Assembly: GCA_951406725.2 (NCBI GenBank) | Contig: OX597831.1 | Span: 10,478,001 to 10,542,000, forward strand | From: Octopus vulgaris | Taxonomy: Eukaryota | DNA: 64,000 bases | Direction: 5' to 3' | In this document: positions 14,279-30,039 of the stretch, in pieces | Position numbering within the stretch: the stretch's first letter is position 1 | Layout of the letters: every line of letters starts with the position of its first letter | Notes under the pieces: generated by a model | The model's database searches: none | What the model was told of the DNA's origin: nothing | The model's input: the letters and a program-made list of their open reading frames with translations, nothing else | Translations under genes and position numbers: made by a program

Positions 14279-14741
14279 GGGTACCGCATTACCATTTGCT
14301 GGAAATAGGAGTTAGATCTGCAAATCAACAAATTTCTTACTATTAGGAAACATGCATGGCGAAAGTAATAGACATATTAAAAATAGTTCTTACCTTGTAT
14401 AAACTACAAAACAAGTACAGGTATCTTGTTATCAATTCAATTTACCTTTTGTGCGTTAGTACTTAAGGATGGCCAGCAAAGCTTACTGTATTCATCTAGT
14501 TTTCAAAATATTTTTCTCATTACACCAAACACAGTGAGATTTGCTCACGATCCTTAAGTACTAACTTACAACAGGTGAAATTAATTGATACCAACATATA
14601 TGTTCTTGCTTTGTTATTTATACAAGGTAAGACCCATTGTTATTATATTCGTTACATTCACCGTGCATGTTTCTTAGTAGTGAGAAATTTGTGGCTCTAG
14701 CATGTTAACGCCTATTTCGAGCAAGTGGTGTTCCGGTACCC
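14279..14741. repeat. Older fold-back (inverted repeat, ~210-bp arms)
   Basis: Mirrored segments include gggtaccg/cggtaccc, cttaccttgtataaa/tttatacaaggtaag and gttagtacttaaggat/atccttaagtactaac. Spacer is ~40 bp. Confidence 0.8.
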
Positions 14742-14789
14742 TAATATATTTGTATATTTTATTTGTATAGGTTAAACTTGTTGGCTACT

Positions 14790-14993
14790 TTATTATTATT
14801 TTTATTTTTGATAATGGTAATAGCCACAACACATTCTTTACTTTCTCTCTTTGTTTCTTTCTGAGTTCCTTTCTGTAGAAAGATCGTAGGCTCGAAACGC
14901 TAATTTTTTTTCCCTCCCGAGCGTTAAACTCATACATCTGTTTGTTGTCTACACTACCTGTCTTCGTCTCTTGTTTTTTTTTGTGAATTCTCC

Positions 14994-14996
<3 letters not shown>
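14790..14996 (+). mobile_element. Short non-autonomous element with hammerhead-like core, ending in (TA)n
   Basis: ttt-CTGTAGA-aagatcgtaggctc-GAAACGC at 14870-14905. Homologous to 59760-59927 and related to 31827-32038. Confidence 0.65.
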
Positions 14997-15065
<69 letters not shown>

Positions 15066-15646
15066 CCACATATGTGGTATGGTATTGCCACCATAGCCAA
15101 ATCCTATGCTATGAATAAATATCAATATGAAGACAGGATTCTTGGTCGGCGTTCGCCCGTGGTTTAAAAGAAATCGGTTGTCCGACATGAACATATAATT
15201 TTTTTTTTTGCTTCACACAACATGAATATATTTATCTGTATAAATTCTTAACCAAACGCAACATATGTTCAATATTTTTTTTTTTTTTTTTTTTTTGTAA
15301 AACTGTGATAGAGCCTCCGGCAAGCAAACGTTGTCTGATTTACTGATTATGGATAAGTAAATGGACTCGCATATAAACTAGGATGGCTTTGCTTTCAGAT
15401 CGGAAGCAGTACGCAACCTATTATCAGCCTAACTAAATAAACAAAAATATCCTAATCTCGGTTAACCAAGTTCCATGCGCTATCTCTTCTGCTTACTACA
15501 ACATCTTTCGCCCCCTACTATCAAAGGGTCCTTTTCCATACATTTCGAGGTTTTGCAGTGATAGTTATATCATCTAGCATACGTGTAGGTAAGACACGAA
15601 AAGTGCTTCAGACAGACACACACACATACAGACAAATACACACTCA

Positions 15647-15686
<40 letters not shown>

Positions 15687-16061
15687 TACACACACATATG
15701 TATATATATGTACATATATATTAATATTAAACATTCTATAATTATAAGCATAAATCCATAAACGCGTATTTGGTTGATCAAGCCGGGTGGATTGGTTACT
15801 TTTTCTCTTTACCTACGTTAATTAGGAGTATTGCTGTCAGGAAGATATCTTTTATGGTGGAGGAATAGTATTTAACTGATATTTCTAAATTTCGGTATGT
15901 GGTGAAGCAATTTACTGAACCCTAATTATAATTATGCTTATAATTATAGAATTCTTTGTATAAGGTTACCGATAATGGACTTTTCACATATCGAAATACT
16001 TGGTAAAATTTATTAATTATTAATTAATCAATTAATTAATTTTACCCTTCATTATTATATA

Positions 16062-16109
<48 letters not shown>

Positions 16110-16149
16110 CAAACATATGTATATATAAACATATATATAGACACATACA

Positions 16150-16195
<46 letters not shown>

Positions 16196-16967
16196 AACAC
16201 ACACAGATACACACACACTCATACAAGGTGTGAGGCACATCCACTTCTGGTGTAACAAGCTAATAAATTCTCTCTTGCAGCCACATTAAATATTCCCGTA
16301 CACTTTCGTTGTTCCCATAAACACGCATCTTTACTTTTAATATTCTAGATTAGGCTTTCTACTCAAACTACGAGTAAATCAGCGGCAGTCGTAAGGTTAC
16401 AGTGCCGAGATCGATATCTATAAAATATCATTGATCTTAATAAATCTATGCATTTTTATGTTGGTATGCATCAAGTGATATTTGGATTTCTATATATATA
16501 TATTTTAACATTGATAATTTTACGTTATTTGAAACCCTACTCCACAGTGAGCGGTAACTTGCAACCACAGTCCCTAATTAAAATCATCAGTGACCCTTAG
16601 AAATTTCCCTCCTGGACAACATTAGATGGGTTAACAATAATCTGAATTCGTCTCTTATGGCTATGGCCAGTTAATGACCTGGTCAAGCTTTATTTATCGC
16701 CGTATTAAATTATCCGATATTACTTGCATTGCCTCTGCTGGTCACCTTATTACCACCACGTCGTCAGGATACTTTAGATCGACGATCGGCGAGCTTCTTA
16801 TTATCAATCTATTGTAATTCTCAAACCCTTTCTTGTACAAGTGTTACATTCACACAACCAAACACCAATACATTAGTACAGAAGATTGTTTGAAACAATA
16901 TTTGGTACCCGGCATTACATGGAATGTTTCACTCCAAATGACCTCATACGACGAGCTTTATATCTTA

Positions 16968-17362
16968 CTAGCAGTATCGCCCGGTGTTGCTCGGGTTTGT
17001 AAGGGAAATAACTATATAAGCATTTTTAGAGATGTAAAGTATAATAGCCATCTCAATATGGCTAACCACAAAGGGGGGGTGTTACTGTAGCTTTTTACGT
17101 TCTGAGATTTAATTATAAATTTTTAGAGAGTTACTTCCCTTATATATGCCAAAAATGCATTAAATTGGGAAAAATTGATGGTAATTTTTTCTTTAAATCG
17201 TAGACTCATCGTAGACGCGCGCTAATACAAAGAAGGGCTCGATATGAATCACGACTATAAGATACCCGGTTTTGGTTAAACTGCACCGCAAAATGTGGAA
17301 GTAGTTAGGAATTTAAATCGTAGGAGACAGACAGCACACAACCTCACTTTTATATATAAAGA
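16968..17362 (-). mobile_element. Complete non-autonomous Helitron (~395 bp)
   Basis: Minus strand A|TCTTTATATATAAA... at the 5' end. The 3' end has a GC hairpin (acccgagcaacaccggg) then CTAG|T. Inserted between A and T with no TSD. Confidence 0.9.
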
Positions 17363-18439
17363 TAGTCTCACGTTTAAACTATTATTCCATTTCACATTAA
17401 CGTTTATGTTTTTTCTGTAACTTGTCTCACTTACTGGACTCCGTCTGTAACTGGGCATCCCCTCCACGTGATTCGTCTCAAAAAAATTACAAATTCTGTT
17501 TCTGTTAAAGTATCCCTAATGCAACGGTGACACATTTTAACCTGCATTTGTGCGGGGAAGGTGTGGAACATGCTCAGCGATACATAGATTTTTATACCAG
17601 TAGAAGTGAAGGTGAGAATGAATGCGAAAATGCAAAGTTTAATACCATAAAAAATTTAACAATATAAAGGAAAAGCATAAAGGATGAAATTAAGAGGGTA
17701 AATATACCAAAATTAGATCTCAAAAATAAGAATTTATAGAAAAAAATAATACATATAAAACGGCAGGGGATCGAAAAGATAAAGGTAATGGAAAAAGGGT
17801 AAGAGTTATGGAAGTAATGCGGACAGTTTAAAGTATTCTTGCCGAAGTGGTTTTTATAAGTTAAGATATTACAGGTGCTTTTGTATGTATAATTTTGTAG
17901 TTCTTAGGAGGTATAAGATTTAGGCAAGGAAGACTTGCTATCTCAAAATCCTTACACATATACATAATTTGACTGATGGAGTACAAATTCATAGAAGGAA
18001 ATTATGGTGTAATCACCAAATAGAATTTAGTCACACTAACTACATAGGATATAAATATGTAATGTAATACATTACGCTATAAAACATAATATCCTATATT
18101 AGAGGGTAGGTTATAAAGGATACAACGACACCGAAGTTAATTGCGACCATTAAATCCCAAGTAAGATAAAAGTAATATTATTAGTTTAGAAGATACTTAG
18201 ATGTACTGATGATGCTACGTACGCATGATTCCCATAGGTCTGATCTATCATTAATCAAGTTATTCATGTCTCTGTACTTAAAAATCCCATAAATTTCCAT
18301 AGGGCAAAGCTCACACCCGTATCGACTACCTCTATAAGGCTGCGCACTCCGTATTTTATCCCATTTAAGGCTAAATCTAGTCCACTTTCTTTAAATTCCA
18401 ACATCGTACTAGATAAAGACGTACTATTAGCGTTTTGTA

Positions 18440-18585
18440 TGCTTTCTATACTTTTTGTTTACCAAATTCACTTACAAGGCATTGGTCGACCCAAGGCTCT
18501 AGTAGAAGCCCTTTGCCCAACTTGCTTAGAATTGTGACTGAGCCCGAAAACCAGTGGTTGCGAAGTACACGAACATGCCTGCACA
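18440..18585 (-). mobile_element. SINE family B head, degenerate
   Basis: accaaattcacttacaaggcattggtcgacccaaggctctagtagaagcccttgcccaa. Confidence 0.7.
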
Positions 18586-18799
18586 GATAAATATTTTGCA
18601 ATTCTTCTCGTTACTACAAAATAAGTCGCCTGACTTATTGACATTATTATTTCATTTGCCTGTTATATGATGTTTCATCATATCATTTCTTTCTGAAACG
18701 CATTTGTACCTTCTTCTTAGAAACTTAAACTATGAAATAGAAGTGGGAGGGAAATTTCACTTACACAATTAAACAAATGATTTCCCTGACGGAAAAAGA

Positions 18800-19100
18800 A
18801 ACGTCCACAACCGTTGCCCCAGCTAAATAAGAAGTAGATATTCAGAGGGGGGCGAACATCGTACTAGCTCAGATAAGGAAGGTCATAATGCAATTATAGA
18901 GCTCCTGATTAAACAGAATCTCTTAAATGTTAGAAACAAGAATGTCATTTATGCTCACAAAACTGATTAACTTCAACTAGTGAAATGGTAGAATTCTTAT
19001 GGGATTAAGCGAAGGACTTCTATCTAAACTGCCTAAGAAAGCAAACAAGCATGAATGGTGGAACTGAGGAGGTATTACTCAGCCAGCTAAATCAAGAATT
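18800..19100 (+). mobile_element. RTE-clade LINE RT fragment (pseudogenised)
   Basis: Reads QIRKVIMQL..NYRAPD..ESLK and EGLLSKLPKKANKHEWWN*GGIT, resembling RTE KLPKKGDLxxCxNWRGI. Confidence 0.7.
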
Positions 19101-19119
19101 GTATGTGATCAAGCGAGGT

Positions 19120-19385
19120 TGTATTATGTATGTATATATGTATGTGTGTATATGTATGTATATATGTATGTGTGTATATGTATGTATATATGTATATGTT
19201 TATGTATGTGTGTGTATGTATGTATTATGTATGTATGTATTTATGTATGTATGTATGTATGTATGTATGTATGTATGTATGTATGTATGTATGTATGTAT
19301 GTGTGTGTGTATGTATGTATGTATGTATGTATGTATGTATGTATGTATGTATGTGTGTGTGTATGTATGTATGTATGTATGCATG
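19120..19385. repeat. (TATG)n/(TG)n microsatellite
   Basis: Directly visible. Confidence 0.95.
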
Positions 19386-19599
19386 CAAGCGTACACTTAT
19401 GTTCGTAAATATATATTTCTTCACAGATCCACCTCAATTTTGAACTTATTGAAGAATGTTTTATAGGGTTCGAAAACTGGAGCGCATGCGTGAATGTGTG
19501 TGCACACGTGCTTCTGTGTGTGTATGTGACAGTCAGTGTGCGCCTGTACATTAGGTATGGTCAAATACAATGACCAAACAGAAAATGTCTTCAGTTTTC

Positions 19600-20030
19600 C
19601 AGAAAGTGACACCATCGTGTTCTAGTTTGGTTCATCCAGTACTTCCATGATGCTTGAACCTGACATGGCTCAAAATGCCAGTCGCCAATGGTACAGTCTC
19701 AGGCATTGTTCACATGAAACGGCGGATGGTGGTCTTCACTGGAGTTACTGGGCTTTGCGTTCTTTTTGTATTTTTGTGTGTTTCTTCAGTTTTTCTCCTC
19801 TCGTCGAAAGCGGAAAAACCGAAAGGAATTTCTTTTCGTCAATATGAACGGTCGGCGGCTTCGGATTTTCGCAGATTTTAGGGCTGATTCCGATGACATT
19901 CGGATGACATGCCCTGACTAAATGAAGCGATGCTGGAGAATGTCAGCTTCGCTGCTTATCATTTCTGAGCGATTGGGGACTTCATTAAAGACATATATTG
20001 CTGGTTATTATGTATACAAACGCTTTTTTT
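19600..20030 (-). mobile_element. RTE-clade LINE 3' fragment with C2H2-like end
   Basis: Reads NEV..SEADILQHRFI*SGHVIRMS, EAADRSY*RKEI..FSAFDERR and CEQCLR...GILSHVRFKH across frameshifts. Confidence 0.75.
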
Positions 20031-21484
20031 ATACATAACATAGATTTCCTTTTGTTTTTTAACCTTATAACAGGACTGATTCAACATTGTATACATTCAG
20101 ATGTCTCAGGTCTGACTGTTATTTTTCTATTTTAGGATGATTCAATTCCTGTAAATACGATCTTTATTTTCAGGCAATAAGACGTGGTTGCTAGTTATTA
20201 CTGTCTAACATATTGAACGAAGCTTTTTAAAGCTCACTCCACTGTTGGTCCGCTCAGAATCGGTTAAATTCGCTGACTGATGTAACTTCCATTTTGCTAT
20301 TGACTATTCGGTTAGCAAACATTGTTTCATATTTACTATCTTAACTTTTAATTCATAAGAAATGTCCAGCTAAATTGTCATGGGTTGATCAGGAGTGAGC
20401 GTGGAGTTTGTAATCATTTCCATTTAGTCATTTATATCTGTAGTTCTCAATATCTCTGCCAATATAGTTAGTATAAAGTCGATCGATGTAACCCGGTCAC
20501 ATAGCTAAGGAACAAAAAGGAATATCTGAAGAAAGATGGGAAGATAGGAAAACATGTTTGAAGGTAAGAATCAGAAAGGTCTTTCACGCATGAAAAATAC
20601 GAAACTCTTATTTAGAGAAGTGTAAAAGAGAATTCATTGCGCTTAATCGGAAAGTAAGCAGTAAAATTAGTATAAAAAGATATTATTTAAAAAAATAAAA
20701 AATGGCAAAGACGCATTATATTCAATGCAAAAACATATGATGAAAGTTGTGTAAAGATAGAGGCGATATAATATCAGGTAAATGAAGATGAAGGTAGAAC
20801 TTTAAACAATGCTTGAATATCCATATGAGACGATCAATGCAACTTTCCTTTTCTAAGGACAATAATAGTTAATCGGAAATAGCGACAAATGAGCTTTGAC
20901 TACAAAGCCGAGAAACGACAGAATGAATTAGGTGTGAGTGGGTGCTACTGTGTGTGTGTGTGTGTCTGAGTGAATAATGTTATACAAATTTGCATTTCAA
21001 ATACACACTCCGTATCGAAGATTTCTAAACATATCGAACAATACCATTCTCAACTTGTATCATAAAATTGATCTCAATAATGGTCTTTGATTGAAAGATG
21101 GTGTAGACCGCAGTTTCATTAGAATGAAGAAATATGCGGGAACCGTATTGTAATTGCATAATCTACCAGAAAATATAAACTTATACAAGTGTCGAGGTTC
21201 GGGTTTACCAATAAGCGGATGTAGGAGTTCGATCTCCGGATGTAACTTTGCTCACAATGAGAGAATCGAATTATTGCGTGTTCTTGAGTCTTGCGGAGAT
21301 AATCTTGACTCTCAGCTGGCAATCAGAAAATACGTGAATGATGACACGCTAGGCAACAAAGGAATAAAGAGACAAAACAAATTCTACGGTGCTGTACTAC
21401 ACAAATACATATACATACGTGTGTGTGTCTATGTGTGTTTGTATGTACGTATTTGTATGTATATATATATATATATATACATAT

Positions 21485-21521
<37 letters not shown>

Positions 21522-21524
21522 ATG

Positions 21525-21560
<36 letters not shown>

Positions 21561-21615
21561 ATTTATATACATATATACACAAATGTATACATATATTTAT
21601 ATATTATATAATAAA

Positions 21616-21657
<42 letters not shown>

Positions 21658-21717
21658 GTATTTATATACATATATACACATATGTATACATGTATTTATA
21701 TAATATGATATATATAT

Positions 21718-21757
<40 letters not shown>

Positions 21758-22065
21758 CGAACTCAGACATATGTATGTGTATGCCTTTGTAAGTGTGTGT
21801 GTAGTGTGTGTGTGCGTGTAGCATAAATTTGATTGGTGGCAGTTATTGTCAGGTTTGCATGAGATGCTTAATGCAACGGCTCATTCAACAGTCAGTATGG
21901 CAGCCATTCATAAATGTGCTCACTTAGTGCACACTCAATAAAATGTGCATGGAATTCCATCAGTAAGGAAACAGAAGGGTCTAAGATGGAATTTAAGGTC
22001 ACTAAATGTTTCGAATATAATTCCAACAACAATTTTCGAAATGAGCAATTACATCGCACAGACAC

Positions 22066-23008
<943 letters not shown>

Positions 23009-23560
23009 GCGTGAGAGAGCAGTGCATGCCATCAAAGTGACACTGGCGTAAAATATACGCAGCCCAGTATACCCATTATGACTACCCGTCTGATAAGAGT
23101 ACACCAGGCGCATGCATCACAACCATATGTGCGGACATGGTGTTCTCATAACAAGATAAACAGCGCATGACCTTGCGGGTGGGGCCCAGTTAGAAGTTTA
23201 TTCTGGTTGGGTAACCCATCCCACTCAAAATGTCCCCGATTAAGGGTTGTTTAAGGATGTTGAATGAAACACCCATGTTCCAGAGCTGAATCATTCAAAC
23301 CCCAAAGACTCCCTCTCCACTCATGGATATGAGGCTCCCCTACTACTTCTACTCGTGATCAGAGATGCACATATCATCAGCCACTAAGGGACAGGGTCAA
23401 CTGGTTAAGGTCAAACAACTGGCAAACAATTCTAGGTTATTGAGCAGAATATTTGCTGTGGCCCATCTTTTATACCAAGACAAAACAATGTACCTGATAA
23501 CACTTCCAATCAGTTAAGACAAGAAGCCATGAGAGCCGCTGCCTGGTACTGCATCAGGGC

Positions 23561-23563
<3 letters not shown>
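23009..23563. mobile_element. Unclassified ~555-bp insertion within the (TTA)n array
   Basis: Higher-GC unique sequence with sharp edges and (TTA)n on both sides. No TIR or recognisable ORF. Confidence 0.6.
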
Positions 23564-23608
<45 letters not shown>

Positions 23609-23619
23609 CATTATTATTA

Positions 23620-23699
<80 letters not shown>

Positions 23700-23714
23700 G
23701 TTGTTGTTGTTGTT

Positions 23715-23860
23715 GTTCCGTCACTCCATTCTCAGTTCGAATTCTACGGAGGTCATCCTTTTAGGCTCGATAAAATAAATACCAGCTGAATACTAGGGAA
23801 AGTGTTATCAACTCATCCCCTCCCCAAAATTGCTGCCCTTGTGGCAAATTTGAAACCATT
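23715..23860 (+). mobile_element. SINE family A partial
   Basis: cattctcagttcgaattc...catccttttaggctcgataaaataaataccag...ccctccccaaaattgctgcccttgtg. Confidence 0.65.
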
Positions 23861-23945
23861 ATTATTGTTCTTTGTAGTTGTTGTTAATCGGTTGAATCCG
23901 GGTTGTCCTTAATCCTGGTAGAATTTATATTGGTAGATATCCCCT

Positions 23946-24448
<503 letters not shown>

Positions 24449-24464
24449 TATATATCCATATATT

Positions 24465-24930
24465 TTCAGTGAGCCATCCAGCGCTTAAAAGCCTTGTGAT
24501 GATATTTCCTCTCCCTAAGGGACAATCTCTATGTAGAGGCTCAGCAGATCATGCTATTTCAACCTCCTTTATCCTGTTATCTATTTCGTCAATCACAATC
24601 TCTAATGCACCAATTATCACAGTTAGGATGTTTCAGATTGCATGTTCCGAATCCTCTCCATCACAAAGTTCAAAGGGTGGTATTTTTTTCAACTTTTCAT
24701 CCACTTCACAATCCTAGTATCAAATGGACATGGTGGCTCAATGAGTCAGCCAATTCGATTTTCCTTGTATATTACTGTAATATTTATCGTCTTATGCTCT
24801 ATCTCTCCATCCGTTTTAATGGAGAAAATACCACAAAATTTTACCCAATGATTTGCCATGTAATTCTTGTTTTCGAACTCCCATGTCTGACAAAGCGTCC
24901 AGTGTAAAACGCTCACGACTTGATCATGTT
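24465..24930 (-). mobile_element. R4/Dong-type (restriction-like endonuclease) non-LTR retrotransposon 3' fragment
   Basis: Reads HDQVVSVLHWTLC, KILWYFSIKTDGEIEH...CPFDTRI, KKYHPL, VIIGAL and CPLGRGNIITRLL, matching the RHD..HW / KILWDF / PD / LLGTA motifs. Confidence 0.85.
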
Positions 24931-26396
24931 TTTATTTTTGATATTCTTCGTTAGCCAACTTGTGGCGTTCAACAACTATGTTATACTTATTTGCTGTGAT
25001 TCACCTTGAGAAACTATAATAAATCTTTCTGCTTCTCAGCGGGGTTGAATCTCGTATGAAAATGGGTTCCTGAATTCCTTAACTTTTTAAGTTTTCTCTA
25101 TTTCGGTTTTTCATTGTGAGATCAACATATTCACAAACTTGGAGAGTCATTACTTTTATAGATTTTTTATAAGTTCCCATCTTCAGACATACTGCAACCT
25201 GTCTAAATCAACCTAAATCAAAAATAAACGTAGAGTTCTCGCCGATGGAGTTAATCTTACTGTGCAATTATATTATCACTGCAACTGCTTCTAATGAGAC
25301 AGGTATTATATTTATTGAATTACCTACTTAAAAACAGGAGCAACTTCGTTACTAAATCTTATATTTGGACATTATGTTGTAAGCACCATGGAATACGAAC
25401 CCCGCCCTTACAACTGATTGATAAGTACAGAATTGACAAAACCGTCTGCACTATATATTTTACTGTCTAATTTTAATGATATACGCCAACATTTACAACG
25501 AAATAACCGGCTATAAAATTATCATTAAATACTGGCGAAGTCCCTGCCTTGCTGAGATAATTCATCATAGTTTGACAGGAGAGTCAGGAGAAATCTTTAT
25601 CGGAAGGTGCTGACAGAGGAAATGGCATAAATAATCGAAACGTTAAAATGCATAGCTGACATAATATGGCTATCTTTGTTCAATGAACCACCTTAACAGA
25701 CAGATAAACACATTTGGACAGAAGAAGATTAGAGTTCTAGATATGACAATATTTCAAGAGTGAACACATTTTTAAAAATACTGAAAATATTTGATTAAGA
25801 TTTCATATCACATGAAATGCATGGACGTTCTTCTTTTGATACGAAGTGAAGTATTGCATTTGTATGAACAGAGAAGAGTTGGCAGTGCGACTGTTTGCCA
25901 TATAACACACATTATGCCACAATATATAGTTTTGTTCTTTTAAGGCCTAAGACCCGACCTTCGATTCTACCAACGAATTAATAAAGTTCCTCGTGCAGGC
26001 ATAAAGCCGGAATTTTGCGTGAAGTGTAAAGTCGATTACGTCGACACCTGAGCACCACTGGTACTAATTTCATGGACGTCGAAAGGAGGAAAGTCTAAAT
26101 ATTTTGGCTACGTGCAAACAATTCTGCCAACCCATTTTGTATGAGTAAATAACAATACCTCATTTCGTGCCATTCGATCGTTTATATAACTTTTCATTGT
26201 TTCGAGTTGATAATTTGACTCGGACATTGCAGGTTTGCACAGACCCCTTCGCAGCATTCATTTCAGTTCTCCACCACTTTATCACCTCCTTCCCATTTAC
26301 TCCTCTCACTCTACAAGAAACTTGTCTGCGGGCAAACCTGAAGAAATGATGGGCTACACCAAGCCTATTAGTACACGCCGTATACTATGTATATAA

Positions 26397-26449
<53 letters not shown>

Positions 26450-26454
26450 GATAC

Positions 26455-26559
<105 letters not shown>

Positions 26560-27971
26560 CTATATATATATACACAGCATCCTAATGATTCAAACTGGAG
26601 TACATAATCCAAGACAAAATAATGCACAGTTTTACGTTGTATGAAACAACATGTATGAAACACACACACACACGCACAGCCCATAAATGCTAAATTTCCA
26701 TTGAGCGATAGTAAGATGGAAAGTACTGAACTTATTTCTAATTGCTATTCTTCATTCTACATGATGACCAATTAAAGCGAATATATCGTTTGTTCATCAG
26801 ACTGTATTTCCAGAATGTACCTACTTGTTCTTCGCTGGAAACACAAGCGTCCAGTATTAAACACATCGGGAAGGCTACGAAACGTTAATACTTCTGTCTG
26901 ATAAGCTTACATTCTGTGCACCCGGCCATCTACACTTCCGCTGAGTGAAGCCCTTGCTGAGAGAAGCCCTTGCTGAGAGAGATGATTGTGTTGTATATGC
27001 AGGACGTTTCCGCAAATTTAACTTCGTAACATCGATAATTCTCTGCTAATATATACGTTTTCCACACAAGTTAAGTTATTCCTGAGTTTTACATATTTTT
27101 TGTTTACTTAAATGAAACCAAAACATGGTTTGCTTCGCTACGAACTCACGTTGTAGAGAGTCAGAAAATCGTCATTTTTTAAATAGGGAATTAAGTTATA
27201 TATTTTCTGTGTTGTTTTATCATCTATATTAATGGGATTTAAAATGTATTTCGACTATCGGGAATATGTTATCACCCACATTTAAATTAAATATTCATTC
27301 AATTCTTCAATGATTATATATATAAGTGTGTGTGATGTGTATATATATTTATATGGTTGTGTCCGCCTACATGTATAAATGGTTGTATATATCTATTTAT
27401 TATTTTTTTGTATTTAATTGAAACTGAGGAAATACTTAACATCTCAAGAACAATTTAATTTTCTTCATGTTTTTCATTTTATATAATTTTTCCAAACAAA
27501 TTAGTCTGGTAGCGGTCATGAATAAATAAATAAATTCAAAACGCGAATGAGTCATTATATTCTACTAATTAAAACCGCTGCAGGGAGATGTACGAAGTAG
27601 TGAACCAGAAAAAGCAAAAAAAAAAAAAAAAGAAAAAAAGAAAAAAAAAACATGCTTCAGTTTCCTCATATTTTTAATTTATGAATTATTTTTCAACCTT
27701 TGTCTGCGGAATTGACTTTGGTGGGAATTCTAATTTGATTATTCCAGTACTTTCTGGTTTGAAGCTTTAATACAATATGATACATGTACCTATCAATATT
27801 CAACACGCATCATTTTCACCTCTACCTCGCATTTCCTCTCTCTCTCTCTCTCTCTCTTTCTCCCTCTCTCACATACTTCCTTTTCCCCTGTCACTAACTG
27901 ATCATTTAAATACGCACATACATGCATATACATATATTCTATAAATATATATATACACATACATACATACA

Positions 27972-28074
<103 letters not shown>

Positions 28075-28133
28075 TTTGATAGGTTTCGGCCATTATTGAC
28101 CCAGGCCATGTCTAACTTAATAGCACCACCTGG

Positions 28134-28211
<78 letters not shown>

Positions 28212-28214
<3 letters not shown>

Positions 28215-28560
28215 ACCACGTAGTTTCGGTATTCGTTGGTGTTCTAGGCAGTCGTTGTTCAAATGTTCGTGAGGTCGAACATTGGTTTTTTATGTCGTCG
28301 TTCGTGGGTGGAGTGGCGGATAAAACTATGGCCTAAAAAGTTTTTCAATGCTGTTTGCCTGCAGAACCAGTGCACCACCTGTACACATTTATGCATATGG
28401 CCGCTCTTTTTAAACCTTGGCATGCACAATAAAATAGAATTGCTGAATAAATGTAACGTGTCAAAACTTCTGAAATTCAGTCGAGATTGCAATGGGGCGA
28501 TGAAATATGTACCACCCTGTACACGAGAGAAAGGAAAAGATACAGATTGTGTTTCCAAAA
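28212..28560 (-). mobile_element. Degenerate Penelope-like GIY-YIG region
   Basis: SILLCMPRFK resembles SYSCMPN; [13 protein letters not shown] resembles GSTxRxFxxRxxEH. Abuts (TA)n. Confidence 0.45.
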
Positions 28561-29055
28561 GAAGTTAAAGTTTCCGCCAATTTTATAATACTTGCAGCAG
28601 GTTACAGGCCTTTCCATGCTTGCTAATTGTATACTTTTAAATATCATATTTTAAAACATCTCCTTCGTTTTCCGTTTGTTAAATATTAAATCATAGAAAA
28701 AATTCTGATATTCTATGTCTTCTCTTTTTCTGTTTTGTATTATATTTTATTTCATATCACTGTGCTATGCTGTTAACATCTGACGAATTGTGTTTCCTAT
28801 CCGTATTTCCTATACTATTATCTTGTTAAACATGAATGTAAGTGTACATATTTACTTTTACATAAATGAATGTGCATGAGGACATATATACATACGTTTC
28901 AATATGTATGAAATATGTATGTACAACACACAGACATATGTGTAATAATCATAAAGAATATTTTTCAATGACGGTTTTTGAAAATAAATCAGGTGTGCAG
29001 TGCAGTAACAAATGCATTCTACTTTTAAAGCCTGTCATCATCAAACCTCGTGCTA

Positions 29056-29100
<45 letters not shown>

Positions 29101-29104
<4 letters not shown>

Positions 29105-29962
29105 AAGTGCAGTGAATAAACTGTCGTGTGAATTACGCAAAAATGAAAATAGCACTGACATCTCATTTTAACAGATATATTTACCAAAGTTACATAAAAA
29201 TATATTGAAATACTAAAGTGTACATTTATTCAATAAAATTGCCATTGGCTTCAACCACGACCTCTAGACGACTTCGGAATCTCCTGCAACGCTTCTGGGC
29301 GGTTTCCTTGTTTAACCTGCCAGAATACCTGCCTTCAGTTCATCTTTGGTGTTACAAGAAGTTTTCTTGGTCTCTCGCTCAACTGTGCCCCTCACATAAT
29401 AATAAAGGGGGTTGCAATGTGGGGAGATAGGAGGCTAGATATTAGGGACGATTTGGTCACAGAAATTGGCTGACAGCCATGAATTGGTTTTCCTGCATGT
29501 GTGGCATTGTGAAGAGTCCTGTTGCTAGACATACGGTCTTACAGCAGTCCCTCTTATGAGCCAGGGCAGCACTACCAACATCCGTCACTTGTTGTATACC
29601 TCCGTGGTGAGGCTGAGGCCTTGTGGGGAGATGAATGGCGGCATAACCTCGCCGTCACAAGTAATCAGTACAAGCACCATGAGGTTGGCTGGATGTCTGA
29701 TTTTTATCATTCTCGGTATATATGCTCAGATTGACCCCAAACACTCTGAGATGATTGTATTGGAGCTTCCGGGGCGAATGCCAGGTAGTACAGCGAGTCA
29801 TTTCCAAATTTCTGACAGATTTAATTATGTCATGGTATTGTTTTCCTCTCAGAGACGTTGACCAATTATACATTGAAATCGTCAAAACGAAACACAAATA
29901 AAGTGCATGCGCGAATTTAGAAATAAAATATGGCGACAACTTACACATATCAATCTCTGTGT
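29101..29962 (-). mobile_element. maT (DD37D) Tc1/mariner transposon, internally deleted and pseudogenised
   Basis: Reads RHPANLMV..DGEVMPPF..VLPW..YV*QQDS..CHT..*PPISPHCNPL(Y)YYV...FRSRLEVVVEANGNFIE* (stop 29226-29228). There are 37 residues between the second D and the third catalytic position. N-terminal remnant at ~29710-29833; degenerate TIRs. Confidence 0.85.
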
Positions 29963-29992
29963 ATGAGCCAATATATATATATATATATATAT

Positions 29993-30025
<33 letters not shown>

Positions 30026-30039
30026 TGATCAATTCCAAA

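Noticed and set aside
23538-23562. Similarity to U2 snRNA stem-loop IV (tgcagtacc)
   Set aside because: Only ~9 nt match, with no other U2 features.
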